NCBI RefSeq assembly: GCF_006345805.1
Contig: NC_043006.1
Coordinates: 62,310,001 to 62,374,000, forward strand
From: Octopus sinensis
Lineage: Eukaryota
DNA length: 64,000 nucleotides
Direction: 5' to 3'
The stretch's first letter is position 1. Every line of letters begins with the position of its first letter. The position numbers and the translations under genes are program-made. Below, in pieces: positions 52,325-64,000 of this stretch. The notes below the pieces were generated by a model. It had not been told where the DNA came from and searched no databases. It was given only the letters and a program-made list of their open reading frames with translations.

Positions 52325-54530
52325 CAAAAGAAAAGAATCCTAACACCGGCTGCAATAAGTAGCTTTAACTGCCAATAATCCTTCTACTGGATTACAAGTA
52401 ACCTTAGATGCCAAGAACCCTTCTAGGTATCCTAGCTGTCCATAAAAACACTGTTTTCTGCAGCTTTATTAAACTGGGTTTTATGCTTATTTCCTTTATC
52501 CATTTGTTCAGATCATTAGGGATAGCTTCCAATGCACCTATAACCACTGGATACATTTCACTTTGCTAGTTCTATACCTCTGATATTTTTTTTAACATAT
52601 GGGACTGTAAAGTCTAGCACTTTCTATTCTCTTTATCTACTACTATTAAATCAGACGTTTTAGCTTCTATTAGTATGTCAGTGAAGTCCCACATCTTGTA
52701 TTTCTTACTTTCTAGTACTTTACTAGGTTCATGTTCATACCATTTAATGCTTGATCCTATGCAGCTACTAATAAACTATCTTTGGGATTTTACCATGCAA
52801 TGCCTTCTCCCACCACCCAGACAGTTGCTGCTCTTTTTCTGGTTTTTAACTTCGGTTGGCGTTTTGGTTTCCCTATGTCTTGCTGAGGCACTAGAAGCTT
52901 TTAATAAAGTTTCTTCACTAATACCTACATAGGAGTCTATATCTAGGTAACGCCACAGTCTTCTACTGATATTAACTCTCTTCCGCATTCCTTTCGAGGT
53001 ATGTATAACCTTGCTGCTCTTGCCCTTTGGTGGAGTCCGCCATTGATATTGTCCAATCTTCAAACGCTGCTGGGTATGATACTGTCCAATTATTTACAGT
53101 CTTCACTAGGTTCGGACCATTTAGCTTTGATTCATTAGCTTCCACGCCCTTCTCATGCACTCCTCAATTTTTATTTTTATTTCTATAGTTGGTACTCTGT
53201 CAGATAGATACTTATACTTCTAGATACTTATAACTCTTTCCTCATTCAATGTTTTTAATGACTGGCTATCTGGTAATTGGACACATTTGCTGTTGACTCT
53301 CTGTCTCATGACTAATATTGCACACTTATCCATTCCAAATCCCATGCTAATATCTTTGTTGAAGAGCCTCACAGCCTATATTAAGCAATCTATTTCCTCT
53401 TCATTCTTACTGAGAAGCTTTAGATCATCCATGTCAAGCCACCTTTTCCATCCTTAATACTAAACTGATGGGATCAAACAAGACAAGTATTAAAGGGGAC
53501 AACAAGTCCCCCTGGAAAAATTCCTCTTTTGATATTAAATTTCCTTAAAAGTATGTCACCTGATACTGATCTATTTTTTGTGATATCTGGTGAACTTGCC
53601 TGCGACTGCTATGGTACGCTGTTTTGACTCTTGTGTTGATATCCCAATTCCCTTATTTTTGACTAAGAATCTTTTCTCAAGGGAAGATTTGCATTTTGTG
53701 CTTCTTGACTTGTTCAGTTCCAGGCTTCTATTCTACTCAGATCATGTCTTATTTTGTACTCTCCTTTTCTCCACTTGCTTTATTTTGTAGCGTCCCTTTC
53801 CACATTTGGTCTTTTTTAATCTTTCCCAGTGAGATATCTTATCTTCATAGATCAATAACTTAGTGTCACCTATAACTTTAGTTTCTATCCTACTGATAAC
53901 AGAATCTACTTTCCTAATTATTTCTAGTAACTTCCTTCTGTTGGTGCCTTTTAATGCTGGCAATATTTTTGTTACTTATTTACTCATTACTTCTTGCAAC
54001 TCAGTTAAAAAATCTTCTGATATTCCTCACTTAAGTCGCTGGGACAAGCCTCCCTTCCTTATTGGTAGCACTATTTTTTTTCTTTAGGTTCTGTTTGAAA
54101 TGTATATCTTGTTTGTCTTTCCTACTGCCTGGTTTTTCTTTTCCAGTTTTTATGATCTCTTCTACTTCCAATTCTGTCATCCACTTTCGTCTCTTAATAG
54201 CATTAGCCTGATCTACTAATCTCTGCTCAGTCACTTTAAACATACGCTTCTCTGCTCAAAGTGTTAACATCCGTTTTCCATAGCTTCTTCTTTTCGGTTC
54301 ACTTTCTAAGTAGTACTGCATCACTATCTTGTTTTTGTTTTCGTTGGTCTACTTCGTCCTCCTTATTCTATCAACTGATGATGCTGTATTAGGATAACAG
54401 CTGTAGTCAGTCTGCATCTTCACTGAGCCACAGCTCAGCAAGACACCTTCCTTCAAAGGTCCAGGTTTATTTTCCCAGTTACAATTAGAATTCCTTCGGA
54501 AACTCCTGTCTCTCAAAAATTGAGGTAAGG
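52325..54530 (-). mobile_element. R4/Dong-clade non-LTR retrotransposon, spanning N-terminus to 3' end but heavily deleted
   Basis: N-terminal VTEQRLVDQANAIKRRKWMTELE; RT motifs KRGIF/QGDLLSPL, MDDLKL, FGMDKCA, YKYL; NLVKTVNNW; C-terminal PVVIGAL; many stops and frameshifts. Confidence 0.85.
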
Positions 54531-54581
54531 CCTTTCATTTGTGTGTTTGTTTATATATGCTTGTGTGCGAGTGTGTATTGG

Positions 54582-54623
<42 letters not shown>

Positions 54624-54659
54624 CAGTAGGAGTCGCTCGTGCAACTTGGTTGTGCATAT

Positions 54660-54722
54660 ATTGGCTTAGTGGTACAAAATGTTTGGAAACTGAATGAAGT
54701 GCAAGGTTCGAGTACTTTCCGC
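54660..54722 (+). mobile_element. Isolated tRNA-like Pol III head (SINE remnant)
   Basis: A-box TGGCTTAGTGG and B-box-like GGTTCGAGTAC at tRNA-like spacing; no cloverleaf. Confidence 0.4.
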
Positions 54723-55199
54723 TAACTTTCTTTTACTCCTTGTATTCTAATTACTATTATCCAAACTTCTAGGCTCTTCTCACAGCTATCCCGCGTTCAA
54801 AAATTATACGGATATCTTTTTAAAATTTCATTGAAGAAATAATGTTTTTACATTACGTACACATGAATAGAATAACATTTCGGTTTTCTAAATAGCGAAT
54901 TAAAACTTAAAATAGTAAGTGTGAGACTTTGCAAATGAAAAGGAAATACCCTGCAGTGAATGCAGTGAATATTTCAATTTGTGAAGAAATTGACGCACTG
55001 AATGCAATGAGTATTTAAATTTGTGAGAAATTCGATTTTAAAAAATTCAATAAACTTAAGAAATCGAAATTATAGGAATCATAAATTTATAAAAAATATT
55101 TCCTAACCGTTAACCCTTTGATGATTGAATTGTTTTAATACTTTTAGTAATTGTTACCTACCTAAATAATAATCAGCTTTCTCCATTATAGTATAGATT

Positions 55200-56061
55200 A
55201 TTATTGTTATTATTATTTAATTTTTGTATATGAAAACTCAGAGCTTATTTTGCTGGGTATGATGGAAAGAGAAGCTGTCCACACCAAGTAGACTAAGGTG
55301 ACACTTGTTTACTTGTCATGTTTCAAGAACACTGAGAAGTCTTGCAGTTCAAAGCAATGCTGATATTTGTAGGTGTTCTAACGTCTCACTTGCACTGTTC
55401 ATTTTCAGCCATATTGTAGCTGAGTGCTGATGCTTCCAAGTGCACCAATTACAATTGTCTACCCTCTTCATTGACAACACACTTCGTATTTCCCACTTTA
55501 AATCGTCGTAGTTGTTTATTTCTTCTTATTTCATATTGACCTTGTTGTCACCGGGGCATTCTATGTCGATAATCATACATGTTCGTCCTTCTTTATTTAC
55601 CACAATAATGTCCGGTTTCCTATGTCTCGTCAGATGATCGCACTGGATCATTACAACCCACAGGATTTTGCAGTTCTCATCTTCGTCTTTGCTCTTTGTA
55701 GGCCGTGATTTCCACAGACCTCGCAACGGATCATTCTTGCCACATCGTCATGGCGTCGTTTGTATTCGCGTTGTGCCAATTTCGGGCAGTCAATAACGAC
55801 GTGCCATACCGTTTCATAATTCTCACCACACATTCTGCATTTGTTGCTGACGGTAGTGTTCACAATTCTGCACTTCATATAGTTGATCATTAAAGCTTGT
55901 TCCTGAGCTGCGTATATGAGTGCTTCTGTCTCCCTCTTCGGGTCACACCTCTTCATCCAGATCCACTATCCTCTGTATCTGCCTTGCTATTCACATCTCT
56001 TGCAAACTAATTGTACATATTTCCTTCCATGCTTTTCTTTTAATTTTGTTCTTTTCTTCGT

Positions 56062-56063
<2 letters not shown>
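55200..56063 (-). mobile_element. R4/Dong-clade LINE 3' fragment (CCHC knuckle plus restriction-like endonuclease)
   Basis: ETEALIYAAQEQAL..CRMCGENYETVWHVVIDCPKLAQREYKRRHD and HRKPDIIVV...MIIDIECPGD; (TTA)n on both sides. Confidence 0.9.
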
Positions 56064-56120
<57 letters not shown>

Positions 56121-56148
56121 GTTATTATTATCATTATTATTATTATTT
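56064..56148. repeat. (TTA)n microsatellite
   Basis: Directly visible. Confidence 0.95.
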
Positions 56149-56399
56149 TACAGAATTGAGGTAACCCCTCCAGTAGGTATACAGAAGCAAGAAAAGAAGA
56201 GTGCCATTGTTATCAAGTGAACGATATTTTGTCATCTAGTGCACCTTCCACAAGTTCAAAAAAATTAACTTGTCAATCTAATAAAACATTGAAGCTGAGT
56301 TTAATATTGCATTAAAATGAAGGAAATAATTAATACTTGTCTTGGTTTATCCTTTACGTTTCACGTTATGACTTCAGAAGGAATATTTTCTCATTTTGA

Positions 56400-58560
56400 C
56401 GCTGTGACATTTTGTTCACAAGAATGCTTTTGAGGGCAACATTCTTAGTTGAGTCGGTATTTCCGAAACACTTTGACATGTTTCCCTTCGTTTTCCGCAG
56501 CTAAGGACCTCATACAGCTGACCCTTGCAGATAAATCAAGACGTTTTCCATATTTTATGCTTGTGCATTATGAATTGTCATGGTGCAGCTTGATTAAACT
56601 GGGAATTGGCTTAGCTGTAAAGGGATATCCTCACCTTCGGATAGATTAATTGTTATTCTTGGCATCATAAATATTTCATTTCTGAAAGTGGCAATGCTGG
56701 TTCTCGCTATTATGAGATTGTCGTGCAGTTTTTCCACCATCCTACGCGTTCCACAACAAAGCCTTGGAGGATTCAAATTTCACATTATAATTATCGGCAA
56801 TCCTTTTTTGAATTTGAGCTTAACTGGTGGAAGTCCTGATAGTTCAGCCGAATCAAGGAATTCAGTCGGGAAATGCGTGGCATTGGCACAATCGCTTACA
56901 GAATTACAGGGTGGGTACTCTTTTATGATTCTAGGGAAGATGTCTGATGCAAACCTCGCTTTTGATAATCGACGGTGATCACATAAGCGGTGCACTTGCC
57001 AAGTAAGCCACCTACCCCAGTAAGACACTTTATGAACAGTTTCCGCTTCAGATCAAATACTTTGGCAATTAAATCGGATTTGTCATGCGGTTTCTGATAC
57101 AAGAATAGGTTTTGCCAGCTTTCAGGCCAGTTTGGATTGCGTGTCATTGTGATGAAGAACGAAGCACTTCCGATTTTCCGTATGTATATTATGGCATCCT
57201 GGCATCGTTCCAACATATACCTCGGTCTATCGAAAATTTTAGCAGAGAGTCTGATGCCCCATTGCCGATGTTGCGAAAATAAGCATCAACATTCAAGGTG
57301 TCAGTAAGGCTCTTGTATGTCATAAACCGCAATGCTGTTTCATTCAATAGGATGTAATGCAGCCTATGCCTTTCAATATTTGTAGCCATGTCAACCAAAA
57401 GTTGCTGAAATAAATGACCGCCTCTGAGAAGTTGGTTGAATTCATTCTCATGATTCATTATTCGATAGCCATAGTGGCGCATTGGCGTTAACTTGTTGAT
57501 TAACAGCTGATGATTGCCATCCGTCATTACCAAAAGGGAAAAATAGAACACGCTGAAAACTATCGTAAGACCGTTGAGATTCTGAGATTATTCGCAGTTG
57601 TCCGCCTTTTTCTTTCAGCACAATGCGCCCTGCTGTTGCTTGAATCCCGGTTCTGTTTTGAATAATAACAATTTTGTTTGTAGTTTGTGCATTGAATCTT
57701 CTCTTAGGTTTTATTGCAGGTCTCCGATCGGGATCAATAAAGATCGTAGCTTCGGAAATATTTGTAATTTGTTCTTTTGCCATTCTAAATGACGCCATGT
57801 AAGGGTTATATTGTCTGAGTATAATTTCCAATAATTCCACTATGTTGCACCGTATGTCATAGTTTTGGAGTATCCTCATCCTCAAATCAACACTATCCTG
57901 AGGATATAAGAAGTAAATTTGGAGAAATTGGGGTTGTTCATTGTGATTAGGAGTTAAGGACTCGATGTAATGATGCATGTGACCCTTAATAACAATGGAA
58001 GGATTCCATCCACTATTTGAGGTCCTAAGTTCTTGGACCTCAAATGATGTAATTTTGAACAGGCAGTTGTATTGTCTGAGGTTCTTCCTGAACTCATTTG
58101 CTATAGGTTGATCAGTACTAAATAAATTGTGAAGTTCCTGGGGTAAAGGTTGCCTGAAATTTCCATTCATACAGCAAAATTTTGCAGTTTCACCATGAAG
58201 AAGCATTGCATGACAATAGTCACTAATCTTATTCATCTGTCCAACATCAACAGATAGGTAACGTCGTTGAACTGTCCCTGTTGTATTCGTAGTGGTTTGT
58301 CGGGAAAGACGTTCAGGACTCTGAAGTCCGAATCAGGATATCCCCTCCTTCTGTATAATTCTTTCTATGTCACCAGACCCTCAGTTCTCCGAGCGTTCAA
58401 TTCATGCTGTCTCTTGCTTCTGTCTCTTTCCTTCTGTTCTGTCAGACGCTCTGCTCTCCAAGCGTCTGATTCATTGCGTTGCCTGCTTCACCGAGTTCTA
58501 TTCGCACTATATATAGAACCAGATGTTTCCTTTCATCGAGGCATGATGTAAGAATAGGAT
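56400..58560 (-). mobile_element. Helitron Rep-Hel pseudogene with a large internal deletion
   Basis: Zn-finger-like C..AMLLHGET..FCCMNG, FLQIYF, RRFNA, LFFPFGNDGW, GHLFQQLLVD, Rep motif 1 FITMTRNPNWPE, motif 2 VDYQKRGLH, then directly helicase FPTEFLDS..SGLPP..L..K.G.PII and LCCGTR..QFPV. Confidence 0.92.
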
Positions 58561-58739
58561 ACCTAAATAAATATTCCATTTTAAATCAGCTTAACTTACG
58601 GAATGAAAATCGTCGTTGCAGGCAGAGAATTATTGAGGGTTAATAACTTCAAACAAATAATAACGCTTGCACAAAGAAATGTATTGTGTTCAGATCAGAA
58701 TAAATAAAAGAAATATAAGTTAAAACAAATAAGAACGCT

Positions 58740-59077
<338 letters not shown>

Positions 59078-62000
59078 AACATAGAGAAGAAAATATGAAC
59101 CCCCTTTGTAGCTGAACTGATGAAAAGAAACTAATATGAGTGAAAGAAGATAATTCTAGACCTCAGATAATCAGATAATTATGTATAACTACCTTCTGAT
59201 CGGTTACTATTTCAGGTATATTTGTTATTGAATCATCATTGATATAACACCTATTTATATAGCATTCATATTTATTCTCAGTCACTTTCAATATTAACAA
59301 AGATTATGCAGCACTTCACAGGCAATATGATTTTATCGCTTTAAACTAATGCTGTAGCATATTATTCGAGTGACATATTATCTATAAATTTAAAATAAAT
59401 GATAATTTATTCTTCAAAACGCACATTATTTTACAATGTTTTACTCACATGCTTTTTCGCGTGGTTAAATATACTTTGTGGAACTATAGAGGGATAATAA
59501 TATAATAAAATCCTTAAATGTCAATATTAAACGTATGTTAGTTAAGCTATTTTTTTAAGATCGTTCCGTTAGTTTCGTTTATTGAAATATGCATTTAATT
59601 TTAGTTATAATTATTGCAAATATTTAAACGGTGAATAGCAGGCACGAAATATATATTGCAATTTATCTGCTGCAAATCATATTTAGGCTTATTTCAGGTT
59701 TTAACACATTATCCAAATCGCGCATTTGAAATATTTCAAAGTTTTTGATAAGGAAATTTTAGGTGATGGCTTTGCCTCATCCAGTAATATAAATATTATC
59801 CGTTAAGCCATTCCGTCGATGTCACCACTTCGATACGTCACAACCTGTTAATCTCGTATCCTGCGCTTCTCTATTACCCACTTACACGTGACTTTTATTG
59901 AGATGTTAAAGTTAATATGAAAATACATGCCAAGCAGTAAACTTGGTACAGGTCCAAAATATCTCATTACAAATAGAATTAGAAACCAATGACAACATTT
60001 AATTTTGTTCCTTTAAATCTACATCTATTTCCAAATAAATTCATGAATTTTATATGTGGGGCAGCTGGGAAACTGGTTAGTAAAATTTAAAAAGACGAAC
60101 GAAAGTCTTTGGAAGTGTATCAAATGCTGATTCTTATTAATTCCTCTTAAAAAAACGTGCTAATGAATGAAATTCTTTACATCATGGTGGATGTATTAAT
60201 ATTAATTTGTAAACTATAGTTGCTGTAGCTGTAGATTTTGTAGAAGATCCATAGGAGTAACCAGAGAAGTTATGTGAAATTGATCAAATATATGAAAGCC
60301 ACCTCATATGTACCTGAATAACTCTATAACAATGAGCACTCAAAAAATTTAGATATGAATTACATGGGTTTTAACATTTACATTTTCATCATAGTGTTGT
60401 GATCGTACATAAAACAAACCCTACTGAAAATATAAATGATTAGCGGAGAATGTGGCACCGCAATATGATATAATTTGAATCCCGTATTATATTTTGTCTC
60501 AGACATATTTTGCGAATCTATCCCCATCAAAGGAGGTTTCTAGAAATAGTGTATCGACTTCGTTCTTTAAGTGGTAGTTTATTAAATTAATCTTCGAAGG
60601 ATGTACATCAAAGTTGACAATGACTGGATTTAAATTGCTGACTTCTATCATAGGTACGTTTCCAAAGGACGTTCTCTACATGAAGAATACAAAGTGAAGT
60701 ACCACTAGTAAATTAGTTTGCTATATTCCCCACCAAGCAGTTTTGATTCTAAGTGGCAATCCTTTAAGAGGCAATTACACTCGTAATATGAATGGACATT
60801 TAAAAACTATAAACTGTACAGGCCTAACTTTTGCCAAGAAAGGCAAAGGAGAGATAACTGGAAGCCAAATTAATAAAACAATGATTAGAAACATGCAGTG
60901 GGAATGAGTATGGTCTTGTGAATTACTGTTATAGCTTCGCACATGATTTGGTGATAAATACCGGCAAAACGTAAATATCAACGAATCTTTTGTGTTATTT
61001 TTTCTATTCGATCTATGCAGGGAGACGCTCGCTACTCTACTCATTCTGTGTGCTGGGTACTAGTGTTCAACATGCTGGAACTCAGTAAACAACGACGCCA
61101 TTTATCAAAATATAAAATAATATGTAGAGATACGCGGTAAATACGGGGAATTCTACATATAGTAGTAATGAAGTTTGTGTATTGTGTACATTATGAGATA
61201 TGGCAGTTGAGAGCAATATGGTAATAGAGGAAAAGCGCAGATATATGAGAACAGTAAGAGAGAAATAAACAGAAAGAATGAGCGAGAGAGTGGTGGAGAG
61301 ATAGAGGAGGGGAAAGAGAAGAGGTTGAGAGAGAGGATGGAGAGAGTGAAATAGAAAGGAAGCAATCACTGAGAAAAACCGGAAGCAAAATTCAATTTCA
61401 GCTTGTAAAATATTATTATTAGAAAGTTGTTCTCCTCCTAAAATTAAATTCTTCAAGTTGATAGATCAGCATTTAAGAGTTTGAATGACGTTATCCAGAC
61501 ACATTCAATGTATATTCCGCTTACTCTTTGAATTATTTCGTCTGAGAGCATAAAACGCTCTTCTGGATTCAATAAGGAAATCATGGCTATTGTAAAACAC
61601 TTGAAAGGGAAATAATATTCAAAGTTTTAGATAGGATTTTGTGAGAGATAGAACGTTAACTTTGTTTGAAAGAAAATTATTGATATGAAATGCGTCTGGA
61701 CTAATATAATATATAAGTCGCAGAAACAAGAAATAGAGATTCTTCAATTAATATTTAATAAGCGTTGAGTATTTCAAATTGATCTGAAACCAATTCAGTC
61801 ATTTAATGTAACTAATATTTTTTCATAAAAATACGAATGCGAATTTCTATTACTATATATTCACTGTAAATTAAACACTTAGTTGATTGATGTTTAACAC
61901 TTCAGCAAATATATTTTAACCAGAACTAACACTGATTTTTCACATACACAGAGAAATCATGACAAAGTTATGCAACACGGGAGAAATTTGGCTTTAATTT

Positions 62001-62248
62001 CTAGTAGATTAACCAGCCACGTAGATGATCCCTAGTAGTAAATGTTTGCTAATAGGAGTATGTATAATGTTATATTATTGTGTGCTAAAATATTCTTGTG
62101 TCTATAAGAGGAGGCGAGTAATATTCATAGGACACTAATGTGTGAAACTGAATCTACATACAATAGAAGGTTGTTTTTCCTCACACCATAAGTATTTCTA
62201 CATTATTTACATTTGACAAATATTTGTCTTCACCTTGTTTGATGTTAT

Positions 62249-62290
62249 CACAAAGTTTCGGCTGATATACCTTCCAGACTTCATCAGGTG
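62249..62290 (-). ncRNA. Degenerate minimal hammerhead motif in a Penelope-like terminal fragment (~62195-62345)
   Basis: Minus strand: CAC-CUGAUGA-A-GUCUG gaagguauau CAGCC-GAAA-CU-UU-GUG; one helix II mismatch and a broken helix III palindrome. Confidence 0.55.
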
Positions 62291-62352
62291 TCTTGGGGAA
62301 ATTTCCAGCCTGGGTTCTCCCTCCTTAGGTATTTTCGATGTTGTTGTTGTTT

Positions 62353-62388
<36 letters not shown>

Positions 62389-62420
62389 TATTATTATATT
62401 ATTATTATTATTATTATTAT

Positions 62421-64000
62421 TCAGTAGTTTTATTTTTATAGCGTGCTTTCACTTGACTACAGAGCGCAGCTTGTGTGCCTTGGGTATGTGCTGTGATTTG
62501 TTGTGATGCTCTGATGGTTATTGTATGGAAAGTGTTCTGCGTAGGATGTGTGCAGTGCCTAGTAGTGCAATTTTCTGTATGTTATATGTTTGTAAGTCCT
62601 GGTGTTTTTGTTATGTATTTGTCTGAATATTTTTTTATCATGCCTAATGCACCTACTATGATAGGAATTATTTCTGTTTTAGATTCCACATTCTAGTTAC
62701 CTCTATTTCCAGGTCTTTGTATTTTGAGAGTTTTCCATTTCTTTTAGAGACACGTTGTCATCTGCCGGTATTGATACATCAATTAGAAAGCATTTTTTTT
62801 CTTCATGATCTCTGACAACTATATTGGTCTGTTGGCCTTAATTTCTCTATCTGTGTGTATCGGCATATCCCAGAGTATGGTGCTTTCTCATTTTCTGTGA
62901 CCTTTTCTGGTGTGTGTCTATACCATCTTTTTTCTGTTGTTATTCCATAATGTAGGCATAGCTTCCAATGTATGTAGGTTCCAACTCTGTCATGTCTGTG
63001 AATATATCCTTCTCAGCCAGGACTGGGCAGCTAGAGATAATATGATTTTGTTTCTTGTCCATCTCACATATTCTGCAGTTACTTGTAATATTTCTTTTCA
63101 TTACATGTTTTTGGTAATTCTGGTGGGGAGGCTTTGGTCTTGTGCTGCAATTAAAATCCCTCTGTTTCTGCTTTGAGTCCTGAGCTTCTCAACCATTGCT
63201 GGGATTTTTCTTTATCTATTTCTTTTGCGTTTAGTTTAGTGCAGTATTAACCATGAAGGGGCTTTTCTTGCCATCGTTTTATCATGGTTCGTTGCTGTTC
63301 TATTTTTAGTTTGGATTTCATTTGTTTTATAGCTTTTGTTGTTTCTTCATCATCTTCTTCTTCTTCTTCGTGTTTATTAGGTGGTATGATTTCTTGTTTG
63401 TATTTGTCAGCTTCCTTAAATACTGAGAACAGTTTTTTGTTTTGCTCGTGTTTTGCTGCTATCTGGATCAGTTTTCCTTCCTTCTGAAGTAGATATTTTT
63501 GCAGTCCTATGGTGGTTATTTTATAGTATTTTTCCAGCTGTATAAGGCCTCTACCACCTTCTACGTTGCATATATAGTCTTTCTATGTCAGATTTTGGGT
63601 GATGCATCCTAGATCCTGTCAGTATTTTTCTTGTTTTCCTATCTATTTTGGACAGTTCATTTCGTGTCCAGTTAAGGATATTGTAGCTGTAACTTATAAC
63701 TGGGACAGCTAAAGTGTTGATACCTATTATCTTGTTTTTAACATTGAGCTCTGTTTTTAGTATTGATCTAACTCGTCTATAATATTCTTTTTTTAATTTT
63801 CTCTTCATTTGTGTGTGTTGTGTCTTATCTAGTTCATGGATTCCTAAGTATTTGTAAGTTTGGCTTTGGTCTAATTCTTTTTTTTCATTGTTTTATCTAG
63901 TGTGATGTTGTTACTCTTAACTAGTTTTCCTCTTTTCATGGTTACTTTGGCGCGTTTTTCTAATCCAAATTTCATATCTATTTCTTTGGTAAATCCATGA
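62421..64000 (-). mobile_element. R4/Dong-clade LINE (RT C-terminus, CCHC, RLE, 3' UTR), continuing past the window end; (AAT)n tail at 62355-62420
   Basis: FGLEK, YKYLG, KEYYRRVRSILKTELNVKNKIIGINTLAVPVISYS..IDRKTRKIL..HHPKSDIERLY, LIAAQDQSL, CRIC, WDMPIHTDREIKANRP; frameshifted. Confidence 0.92.

Overview
Eukaryotic, very AT-rich (roughly 33-35% GC by eye), microsatellite-dense DNA. The SINE families and (TA)n/(TG)n density suggest a cephalopod, probably Octopus; this is inferred from remembered repeat sequences, not from a search. I found no intact, recognisable protein-coding gene, tRNA, rRNA or CRISPR array, and almost all ORFs in the track are microsatellite translations. The window is mostly decayed transposons: tRNA-headed SINEs of three families, Penelope-like elements (three GIY-YIG remnants and many pseudo-LTR-like fragments), three R4/Dong-clade RLE LINE remnants, Helitron Rep/Pif1 remnants and mariner remnants. 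The strongest unexpected signal is a set of type I hammerhead-ribozyme motifs with short palindromic helix III (10.1, 12.1, 13.0 and 48.0 kb; degenerate copies at 9.8 and 62.3 kb). There are also many long inverted repeats and a possible decayed multi-exon gene on the minus strand at 42.2-45.6 kb.
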